Source of the DNA: Octopus sinensis
Lineage: Eukaryota
Reading direction: 5' to 3'
Length of the DNA stretch: 64,000 nt
Assembly: GCF_006345805.1 (NCBI RefSeq)
Contig: NC_043014.1
Coordinates: forward strand, 46,934,001-46,998,000
Under the pieces are notes generated by a model that did not search any database, had not been told where the DNA came from, and saw nothing but the letters and a program-made list of their open reading frames with translations. This document shows, in pieces, positions 14,438-26,199 of this stretch. Each line of letters starts with the position of its first letter. Positions within the stretch are counted from its first letter, which is position 1. The translations under genes were made by a program, and so were the position numbers.

Positions 14438-16206
14438 TACATACATACATGTGTAGATAGATAGGCAGATGTGTCTATATATATGGTAATTAAGAGCTCA
14501 ATTGATATACATCATGTTATAACAAAACAATTTAACTTAAAACTGAAAAATTACTTAATACTTTTTTGTAGAGTACATGTTTATTAAACTTATACAAGAG
14601 ATGTGACAATGACTTTGAGGTTTTAGTCTGATAATAAGCATGTGTGTGTGTGTGTGTATGCACATGCATGTGTGCGTGTGTTTGTGTGTGTGTGTAGTTA
14701 GAAGAGATGGCTATGACTGTGTAGGCTTGTTTCCTAGGTTACTAAGACTGATGTAGTTGATATTTTCTGCTTGAGCTTCTGTTTAAAAAAATCAGATCAC
14801 GTATTCCATAAGAGTTCAGTTTTAGGAAAGAAGTATTTTGTGCAAAGTTGGAAGGTGAGATACATTCTTAGAAATATAATGGAAGCAACATCAATTTGGA
14901 GTGCACTGATCAGATAAAAGTCACCCAGTGCATGGACATTCAATATAACAATATAACTTTATTTTAAATGATGGAAACTCTATAAAACAGAACAAAGATA
15001 TACAGTTGCAGTCACAGGCTTTGTTCTAAACATCAGGTTCATTTTCTCACAACATACAAACTTCTTTAAATTCCAGAATTTTATTGTACAATTTTTGCCT
15101 ACAGCAACCACTGCCAGTTCCCTCGGATTCTGCTTTTTCAATTACATTTTTTTTTACAGAATCATTTACCATTGAACCTGCAAATGAGTTTGGGTTAGTT
15201 TGGAGAAGTGAGCTAAATATTAAAAACAACTGGAGGAAAATAGCTGTTTGAAAAACTTGATAAATTTTTTGTTTAATTTGTCCATGAATGTTGTTCTAAA
15301 TACAATTGGGAATGTTAGAATTTTGGAAGATGGCTTACCATTATATCTAGCAAATGAATTTACAACAGCTGCGAGATATTTTGAATCTTTAATCAAACTT
15401 TATAGCTCCCTTCTGTGAATGAGCAGATGAAAGAGGTTGCTGGTTGTGTGTATCCCTGTTCTTCACATACACACACAAAAAATACCACATAAAAATATAT
15501 TCATGGTTAGTTATATGGATTTTTATTTGATGTGCATACACATTAGCAATATAAAAATCTGCTCATAACATTATAATGTTAAATAGGGAAATCAAATGAA
15601 GGTAGTGATTTAATCTACTGCAGATTTTTTTATGAAATATTTAAACTGTTCTACAAAAGTAGATGCTGCTGATATTTTCTTGTTTCTATATTGTTCTATG
15701 AAATCATTGAAGTAATGTACAGTTCTTTGACCATAATTTGTGTGAAGAAAAATTGTTAATTATTGTTGCCAATAACAAAATTTATGAGCTTTTTTTCTCC
15801 TTTCTTTCTTTTCCTTTTGCTAAACTATATTGTATAATTTTCTGTGCTGTGTGAGTTTCTTTCCTGGAAACTCCCCATGTGATGTGCTATTGGCTCAAAT
15901 GCTTTTCTCATTTCCTCGTAGATTTAATAAGTGGAATATAAAGTTGTACCACTTTCCATTAATTACACATTTTTCTTTCCTTCTTAACTAATTACAATGC
16001 TAGAGTAGACATATCGATGCTATTGTACTAGGTGAGTTTGAGTTCTCTGTCTCAATGAAACAGTTATTGTTATTTCTTTTGAAAGTTTACAAATTTTCTT
16101 TTTGCAATTTTGTAAATTAAAATAATCTCATGTGTCTTGTTCAAAAATGGTTAACAGTTATGTGATCTGTATTGATTTCTTTATTTGTTACTCCTTAAAC
16201 AAGCAG

Positions 16207-18711
16207 CGGACCTAGATGTATTGCAGCGCAATGTCAACCATGCAAGCTCAATTCGAGAGGGCCAGTATGGTGATGTATCATTGTCTACAACAAAGGGCAA
16301 AAATGGGAAACAGGCAAACAGCAAATGTTTCAAACAGTCCAAAACTGGCAAACTGTATTATTCTCTACCAGATGTCGTGGCTATTACAAAGAAACATCAA
16401 TCAGATATTGGAACCTCCCCGTCTATGCCCAACATAAGAAACCTTGGAAAAGATAGATCCAGTTCTCTCCGAAGAAAGAGTTCCCAAGCCAGTACACAGT
16501 CACATGAAAAAAGATTAACAGGCTCATCAAAAAGTCTCGCAACTTTCTCGATCAAGCGTCAAGTTGATGGGACTCTACAGCTGGAAAATGTCAGTAACAA
16601 GATTTCAGAACAATGTAAGGGTGAAAAGTCATTTTATTCAGTCCCAAATGTTGAAAAACTCGCAAGCGAGGTACAACAAGTGGGTGGGAAAGTAACGACT
16701 TCACTCGTTGACATTAGAAACAGTAAATTCTCGCTGTTGACTGATTTTCCCCGGTTTGATTCCAATCTAAATACAGATAAAACTGATCAAACACAAAGCA
16801 GTAAATGTGTGACCTTTTCTAAGTTTTCGACTGAGCAGGACATCAAAAGTTCGTGGGCATCTCTTTCATCGGGGACAAAAGTACTCCCTAAAGCAACCTC
16901 TGTGGAACTGAAGCATGGTGTGCTGCCCAACTCACAAGTCTACGTTCAGTGTACAAAAGATAAAAAATCCGTGCCAGAGAAGTGTGAAAAACTCTCCAAT
17001 TCACTTCTTGACCAGATTACCGATTACTGGAAACCACCTGCTATATTCAAACAGTTGTTCAACCCACCTATCTTTATAGAAAGTTCCACAGATCCTATAC
17101 CCTTACAAGAAAACTGCAGGATTCCAAACCTACCTGAGATTGTTGAAAGTCTAAAGAAACCTCAACGCAAAAAATCTAAGAAATTAGGAAGCTCCTATGC
17201 CATTGTAGACCAAGCATTGAAGGACATGAAGTACAGGAATTTGTTGAACACTTATACTGATGAAGATCTTGCAGTCCTTCCTTCCCTTTCGAATCAGTCC
17301 GTACAAGGAGAAAGAACCTTACTTTCGTCTGTTGATGATGTTAATCTCAGCAACATGGAAAATATTTATGAAGAAACAACTATAACAAACACATATGGCA
17401 CGCCCGTTGACCTTCTAGCAACCCAGCAAGAAAAATTCACATTTCAACAGCCCTTTGGAAAGCCATCACAGCTGATAGTCGTTGAATGTCCCAAAAATGA
17501 TTCTGTTTCTAATGTTGATTCCGGTCTCATTGTAGATCCATCTAGGTTCAACCAAGAAAAATCAAAATCTACCGATTTTCATATCAAATTTGATAGAGCT
17601 GAGAAAACACCCTCAGTATTTCGATCCCTTCCAACATCTTCTTTAAACAATAATTACAATGTACATGTAGACAACAGCCCAGATCCAGACCAACAACGGC
17701 GAATTTCTTTACCCCACTGCAACATCCGAGATGTGTCTGGGACAAATGTGGATACTGACAGCAAAATTTTGCAGCAGCAACAATTATTACAGCAACATCT
17801 CCAAAGATATTTGGAGCCATCAAGCTCAGGCAGTATTGTTGAAGTAGCAAGTGATGAAGATCTCAAATCTAATGACAAATCACCTAATTTCCCTTATATT
17901 GATGTTGAAGCTACTGTTAGACAATCTTATGAAAATCAGAATCAACCCCATCAACAGCCAAGGTTTTCGACAAGGTCTACATATTATGAGAGCTATGAAG
18001 AAGTGAAATACCTCACGTCACGGAAACTATCGTGCTTACCCCCCGTTTCAGAAGTTGAAAGTGATGAAATATCTACAGTGTCCGAAATAAGCAATTCTTC
18101 TACACAACAAACTACATCTGCCATCGATATGGTAAAACCCACTTTGAAAATCTTTACCTCTGCTGAACCTCTGCCTACTACAAAAACGTCCAGAGAAGGA
18201 TTGACAAAAAACATGTCCAGAAAGAAAATACATCAATCAACCAGAAGTATGTCAACTTTTTTGGCCGAAACAGCACCCAATAAATGCCCTCCAGCCTATT
18301 ATGTCCGTAGTACTGGCAATCTGCAAAACAAGGCCACCTTTGCAGACGTTGTACTTGCTAGTACGAAAATGCTTCGTCATCAGAAACCAGGATTATCGTC
18401 AAGCTGTATTGATATGGGGATGGTTGTTAGTAATCGAATATATGATCAGCAGAGAGAGTTTGGTGCACCTAAAACAGCCATTTCTTTATCAGATATGAAA
18501 TATATTGGAAGCAGGACAAGTCAATCAAGCCCAAGTAATAGATCAAATTCAATGGCTGATGTGGGTTCGGTGTGCAACAAGTTATCAAAAAGCGAAGGCA
18601 GAAGATATTCATATTCGATGTCAGATGTAAAGAATCTGAAGAATTCAATGTCTGGAGGCAACAAGGGGTCAACCAAGTCGCTAAGTAGGATTGGCTCTGC
18701 CATCATGAAAG
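16207..18711 (+). CDS. Giant internal coding exon (2,505 nt, 835 codons, phase 1 to phase 1), most likely part of the cytoplasmic domain II-III linker of the Nav2-type channel
   Basis: Stop-free 848-codon ORF (16185-18731) in very AT-rich DNA, with no true start Met. It begins at a polypyrimidine tract plus tandem acceptor (tttctttatttgttactccttaaacAAGCAG, 16201-16206) and ends at a donor (AAAG|gtaagc, 18711/18712). Exit phase 1 matches the entry phase of exon 53781. The protein is Ser/Thr/Lys/Gln-rich and low-complexity, with no transposon domain. Coding status is strong; assignment to the channel gene is inferred from strand, position and phase. Confidence 0.8.
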
Positions 18712-19358
18712 GTAAGCCTTTTTTTGTATAATTTTAATCTTTTATTGAAAAAGTTGAAAGTTAATGATTCATTGTTAAAAATACAAACCCTTTTAGACCT
18801 CTCTATCTTTGATCTTTCTACTGTTATCTTAATGTTAAAAGCACTTGACTACTTCACTGAATTAAGATTATAATAAAACTTTACTCCGTTTCCAATGTTC
18901 AATAAATTCTATTGATTATACACAGAACACTTGCTTTATTGTAAGTATTACAGCAATAGGAGGTGATATGTTGTATGTTGGCAAAATATTATTGGAATAT
19001 TATTACTTTTTAATTATTTACATGTGCTTAAAATTACCTCCATTCTCTTATTTAGTCTTCTCCCTCTCTTCTCTTTCTCTCTCTCTCTCTTTTACTCTGT
19101 TTATCTCTCTCTCTCTTTCACTCTTTCTCTCCCTCTTGTCCATCTTTAAGAAGGTAAAAGGAGTTTATAATTTCTACATAGTTTTTTTTTTGCTTTTTCA
19201 GTTGGATTTGCATGTCAGCCTGAGAGATCTTTAAAAATATGTATACCTATCTATCTATATCTATAATAAAAATACTCAGCTATGCATAAGTTACAAAGAA
19301 CAAACAGTGGTTATGAGGGGTTGAGATAAATGATAAGGATGGTGATGATGATGATGAC

Positions 19359-19395
<37 letters not shown>

Positions 19396-19396
19396 G

Positions 19397-19606
19397 TTTC
19401 TTGACACTAGGTCATAAATTTGTGGGTTGGGGCTAGTTGATTAAATTGACCTTGGTACTTGATTTGTACTTTATCAACCCTGGAAGTATGAAAGGCAAAG
19501 TTAGCCTTGGTGGGATTTGAACTCAATAATGTAAAGAGCCATAACAAATATCCCAAGGTATTTTGCCTGACACACTAAAAATTCTGCCAATCCTCCACCC
19601 TTAATA
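19397..19606 (-). mobile_element. SINE family A, diverged
   Basis: Reverse complement contains gagttcaaatccc...ctttgcctttcatac...gggttgataaagtac. Its 3' end abuts the (AAT)n tract at about 19363-19395. Confidence 0.8.
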
Positions 19607-20707
19607 ATATCTGCTCAGGCCACAGAAATATTTTGATGAACATACCTGGACACTAATTTTGTTTGATTTTTTTTTAAATATTGTTAGTGCAACTTGCAAA
19701 TTGCGCTTTAGAACTATATTTATGTATGTATTTAATTCCATGTTAGACTCTTATTTCTCAATGCCATCATATATCAAAGTCTTCTACAGCTTCTAGATGA
19801 GAAACTGTTATGTTGCTATTTAAACTTTTTGTTTCAATCATCCGCATAGTTTTCCTAATATTCCTAGCTTGATGTTAGACAATAGCATAGATACAAAGCT
19901 ACATAATAAAACCTAATCATTCCTCATGCTTTCACTTTGTATTTTATGCAATGAAGGCATTGCTTCTCTTTGGAACTTGCTTCCTCTTTTAGAACTTACT
20001 TCCTCTTATCTTTTTGTGCTACTTATATTTAACTAGAATTTTTGCCTCATAAAACCTAAAAGCATTTTTAGGTTATAGATCTGACTCTATCTTTTCTTTC
20101 ATTGATAAATTATGTTGTTTTCTTTTAAAATCTCACTGTACATTTTTAAAGTAATACTCCCAAACAACAATAAAAATAATTATTATAATTACATCAATCA
20201 ATTCCATCTTTTGAATAGGAACGGGATTTTCAGTTCAGTCTTTATAAGTGTCGGTTAAAAGATTACTATTGTTCGCCATTCAATTTTTGCAATTTTTTCT
20301 GAGACATCTTATTTAATTGATTTTCAATTAATATTTTTTAAGTAAACTAAAATATAATTTTGCTTGACTCAAAATATCTAACCATTACAAGCTATTTATG
20401 CAGTTATAGGAATAGATTATACTTTAGCTTTTTCAAAATATCCCATTCTTAATTGTTACATTGTTAGGAATATATCATATTCCTACTACTGTAGAAAGTC
20501 CAATTTCATTTTAGTAATCTAGTTTATCAACCTACAAGATTTTACTGACTGGTATTTACTTGAGATAATAGACAAACCTTTTTCATATAATATAATCTAT
20601 CTTTAGTGTTTGGCCAATACAAGGTAATCAGTGCTTGATGGTCTTCAATTATTCTCAAACAGTACACTTGAGAGTAAACACCTTGTCTCACCAAACTCTT
20701 CACTATT

Positions 20708-20759
<52 letters not shown>

Positions 20760-22763
20760 TGCACTTGGACATCAACCATATCAATGTCACTAATCTGGGA
20801 GGGCCTACAAAAATCATAGGTGTTTCTCCTCTATCTGTACTGATTAGTATTATTAATTTTTAAAAAATGAAAGAATGTCCACAAAATATATTCTTTTCAG
20901 CTACAGGCCATCTACATACCATTTTGACTTATTTTGCTTAGTGTTATATTATAGTAAATTGGTCTCATTTATTCAACTTTTTTTTTTAAGTTAAGGAAAT
21001 AATTTAGTCTGTTCTTTATTTTCATATTTTTATGTAACCTCTTGCTTCCTCTATTCTCTAAGGAGTTTTTTTTTTTCTTTCATTCAACCTTGTTCAGTAG
21101 TTTTTCTTTGCAAATTAACACATTCTTTATCATATTAACTAAGAAAGTCAGAATTTGTAGGAGTGAAAACTTTTACTAGCAAAAATAAGCAGATAATTTC
21201 AAATTTGTAGCATTATTTCATTTGTTTGCACATTTGTTATACTTTAATCAATAAATTAATGAAATCATCGTTTCATTAAGTCAAAATTTGCAAACACTTT
21301 CAACTTGAACATAATATGATATTTCAAAGAAAAGAAAAGCAAGTAAAACAAACCTTAATCATCAACATTGTTGTCTTTGTAGATGATGAAGGAAATAATG
21401 AGAATAAGGGTCACTTCATCAAATTTGTATAACAAAATATTCAAAAGTCATTTCTAGTATTTTCATTCGTACTCATGAAACAATATAAGAAATAACGTCA
21501 ATGTATCATAGAAGGTAATAACAATGCAGATATAATTTTAATTATCAGTATTAACTACTACAAAGATATTGAACTGTTACTTTCAAAATATTTGATTAGT
21601 CTTGATATTTCAAGAAGAGACACATGTAAATTGTATGTCCATTCACAAGGATTTCACATGCCAACAGAATGGACATGGACATACAGTTTATATATCTTAC
21701 TTTTCCTTTAAAGTCTTTATAAAGGAGTTTTAACACAAAATATCAAGATTAATTAGATATTTCTAAAGTAAGATTTCAATATCTTAGCTATTGCCATTAT
21801 CAATATTTAATATCATATCTACATTGTTATCACCCTCAATAACTCGTTAATTTTCTGCATATTCTGCAATGCTTCAAGCCAACTACAACATTCTTCTAAA
21901 AAAAGATATTAGTAATCATTGAACAAGTGTAGAACCTTTTATATTTTCTGTGTAATTGTGTTATGTAGGTTTTAGCTAATTTGTGTAGTGGTGACTATTT
22001 AGCGGTAGAGAACTCTTTTTTATATATATATTTAGGTTTCCTTTAGCAAAACAAAAAGATTTAACATAGTTGTGTTGTCCCATGTGTATAGAAAAACAAT
22101 CTTCTAAATAGATTTCATAGAAATTTCTTTCTATTTCTATACATGGTTTCAACATTTTACATGGTTTGCAATGTTTTCTATTAATATTATGAAAACTAAT
22201 TTGACTATTTCTATTTTTATGACTGTTTTAAAGTACAGTATGCTGCTAATATCCTGAAGTTGAGTGACTTTGAACGAAGATTGTGAAATGTTTATTATGA
22301 ACCCTACAAGTTGAAATGAATTGATAAATTCTTTAAAATGATTGGAGATAAGACAGAAATGGAAATAGTCAGAAAGTTTCATAATACCAAAACTGTATTG
22401 TTAGTAAAGTTGAGTAGCTTAGAGTAGAAGTCATGTCTATAATAGATGGTTGCTAGTAGAAATTAGTTACTGAGACCTTTTGTAACAATCATACTATTGT
22501 GAAATATTTCAGTATAATTTGTTTTTGTCTTTACATCCAATACTGGAAGCCAATTACGATGGTGGCATATTCATATAGACATATGACACAAGGGTGAGTT
22601 GAAAGCTTTTAATTTCCAAATGGGAAAATATGACACCAATATCAGAACTTCTATTCCAGTTAACACCTTTTATAAAACAGTTTTACCATTCCATGAATTA
22701 TAACAATGCAACAATGTTTTTGTGTGTTTTTCTTCTTGCAACCAAACATCTGTATTTTCTCTT

Positions 22764-22764
<1 letters not shown>

Positions 22765-22847
<83 letters not shown>

Positions 22848-22858
22848 TCTCTCTCTCT
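22765..22858. repeat. (CT)n microsatellite
   Basis: Directly visible. Confidence 0.95.
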
Positions 22859-23542
22859 TCATTATCATAGTTAAGTAATAGGCTGTATTAGCACCTGTGC
22901 AAGTAAGTCTGATCTTCACATGAAGTATCTAACAATAAATGCTATATAGTTTGACAAAATCATTCAATCAATACCAAACCAAATTATATGTGATGTGAAT
23001 TTAAAACTCTTCACCTAGGAATGGCAATATTTTTTTCTCACTTGTTAGTTTGTCAGTAATTAGTGAACTCGTTAATACATTTAAATTCTCAACCACAAAG
23101 CCTCTATGTAATTATCAATTTAACAGACCGCTTGCATTCTCAGAGCGATGCGATTCCTGATTGTTGGGTAAACATGGCACCGAAGTGCAATAAATGTATT
23201 TCAGTTCTACACAGTCATCTGTTGTTGTTGCTGCTGTTGTAATGGTGGCAGTGATGGTGGTTGTTCAGGTTCACTGGTTCAACCAGTAAAACAACTGACT
23301 GCTAATTAGCAGCTTGACAGTTTGTTTTCTTCATTATTACATCACATAATCTGAAATACTATTAGAAACTCATACATAACACACACACACACACACACAT
23401 GCACTCAACACTTATTCATATATGACAATTCACAATATTCTTACATACTGAAATTCATTTTTACACATGTACGCATGCGTGCACACACACACACACATAC
23501 ATGCAAATATGTATATTTATACATGTACAAGAGTGTGCTTGA

Positions 23543-23574
<32 letters not shown>

Positions 23575-24482
23575 ATTTATGAATGTATAATATGTATATA
23601 TATTTATGCATGCATATATATATATGGATGTACATATGTAAGTATGTATCAGTATATATATATGTATATGTTTATAAATATCAGTGTATGTGTATATAGA
23701 TATATATATTAAGTTAGAAAGAAAGTCCTGTCACATTTCAAGTTGGGTAAGAAATAAATGTTTTTTCTGGTTTTAATTGATATATTTAATCATGATGATA
23801 TTTCGCGTCATTATTGATAACATAATCCCATCTATTTGGAAAATTATTGATCCCTCAGATGTAAAATTCTTAAGATTTTAAAGCAGATTTTTCACAATTA
23901 AAAAACTGTTTTCTCTCTAAATAATGTCGCAATGATCTGGAAAGATGATAGTCAGAGCAAAGTGAGAAGACTAAGGAGGATGAGACAAAACTTCTATATT
24001 TTGCTAATTCTCATGCAGTTTGCTTTAGATTTTCCTCAACTATAGTTTTCAGAAGTTCTATACTGATAGAACATGGTCATCTAGATCAAGAGGTCTATGA
24101 GAGAAAAATTTGCTGAGTTAAACTGACCAAACTATTTTCGGCATATCCCCAGACACTTAAAGCTTCACTTCCATAGACAGAATGACTATTCTTTGTTGCT
24201 TCCATTGCTGAAGAGCCCTTTTTAAAATTCATACAGCATGCAATGTCTGATATGGATCTGATCTAAACTCATTTTTAAAGGGTAAAATCAATATGAATTT
24301 AACCACTATAGTATAAAGTAATCTGGTAAGAAAGAAAGAAAAAACATTAGAATGTAAAAATTTATGCTTATTTTATTGTAAGTATTGAGAAAGTACCCTC
24401 AGAGTGACCATGTCAAAACAGGACAGAACTTTCTTTCTAATTTATATATGTGTATATGTGTGTGTGCGTGTGTGTGTATGAT

Positions 24483-24698
24483 ATTGGTTTCAAATTTTGA
24501 CACAAGGCCAGCAATTTCAGGAAAGAGGGTAAGTCAATTACATTGACCCCAGTGGTCAACTGGTACTTATTTTATCAATCCTGAAAGAGTGAAAGGCAAA
24601 GTCGACTTTATTAGAATTTGAACTCAGAGTGTAAAAGACAGACAAAATGCTGCTAAGCATTTTACCCAGTGTGCTAATGATTCTGCCAGCTCACCACC
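24483..24698 (-). mobile_element. SINE family A
   Basis: Reverse complement ggtggtgagctggcagaatcattagcacactgg...ctctgagttcaaattct...gtcgactttgcctttcac...gataaaataagtaccag...gtgtcaaaatttgaaacc. Confidence 0.85.
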
Positions 24699-26122
24699 AT
24701 ATGTGTGTATAATATTTATAATTGTTTTCATGCGGAGTTATCTATAAAAATAATTTAACATTAAACTGAAGGATCACTCAGTGGTTGCTGGAGATAGGGG
24801 GCGTGGTATGTTCAATATGCACAAATTCAGAGTTTTCCTCTTAGTTACAAGTAGAAGAGATGGGAGTGTATAGAATGTATGTATGTATGTATTTGTGCAT
24901 GTATGAGTGTATGTATGTACATATGTATGTACATATGTGTGTACTTAATAACAGGTTAACTCAGCTGTTTGTACTCTGACTACTTCATTATCAGAACATT
25001 CTCCTCCATTCCTTCACTGATAATTAAATCAGTTAGGTAAAAGTCAAAATAATTTATCTTTCAGTATTTTTTTCAAAAATTCCTTTTTAATCAGATAGAA
25101 ATAGTTGCTTTAGTTCAAAACTTGAAACTGTGTCTGTCGTAGATGTAAATAATATTTTGATTATATCGGTACTGCAGAGTCAGAGTTAAAATCCTGATGA
25201 CTAGATTTTAATTTAAGTTTGAAATCTGTTCTCTTCATTTGGAAAGGCATAAATGTCACAAATATCCATCTTTCTTGCCTTGAAAATGTATATTGCTTTC
25301 GTAAAGACAAAGAAAGCAATATTTTGTTTTATAGAGTTTGTTTCTTATTGAAACTGAGATAGCTTAATGGGACAGATGTTTTCATAATGTAATTATAATA
25401 CTTCTGTTATGAGATACATCTAGACTCCAGTTAATGTAGTGGTGGTGGCAGTGATCATACTAATACAAATTATATTAGCTCTTAAAAAGAAAATGCTATA
25501 TTACTTTGTATGTAACCATTGATTTTTTATTATTATTATTATAAAAACTAATAGAATTTATTGTTTTATACAAGAAATGTTGACTCTATTCCCAGCTGAC
25601 TGTTTTGTGTCAGTTTTCTGATATAGGCAAAATATCTCTGGCAACACTGGCGCTATGATTGTGGCTTCCTGTAAGTGCTAACTTAGTTAATGTGACCAGC
25701 ATTAATTAATTAGCAACACTATGTTAAGGTGAACATTGTTGAACAAAGAAAGAATTTCACTTGCTGTTATATTTCAATGTACTGCAGGGTTTATCTTCTT
25801 TAACTGAAACACCTCATCTAAATATGGATGTAAAATAGAATGGTATAATCTTCCATTAAAGGCAAATAGTCTTTCTCGTAATCTTGAAAGATTAATTGCA
25901 AGGTCTTAAGGAAATGTACAATATGGAGACTTGTACTTTGAGGAAATAAAGAGGTATTAAGTAATGTAGACTTAAAGTCGAAGATTGAACTTAGAAAGTA
26001 AACTGAATCTTAGTTTCTAACAATTAATGCCTGATGTGTTGTTGAGGTTCAGTAATTGGCTATGACTATTAAAACAAATTCGCTCGTGTCATCTTTAAGT
26101 ACAATCAAAGCATTTTCCTTCA

Positions 26123-26154
<32 letters not shown>

Positions 26155-26164
26155 ACTCTCTCTC

Positions 26165-26199
<35 letters not shown>

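Noticed and set aside
1-16000. Domain II exons of the channel
   Set aside because: I found no S4, pore or IIS6 motifs, so they presumably lie upstream of the window. This is why the giant exon's upstream connection remains unproven.
16216-18706. Several short alternative-frame and antisense ORFs inside the giant exon
   Set aside because: Expected by-products of a long, more GC-rich coding exon, with no independent signals.
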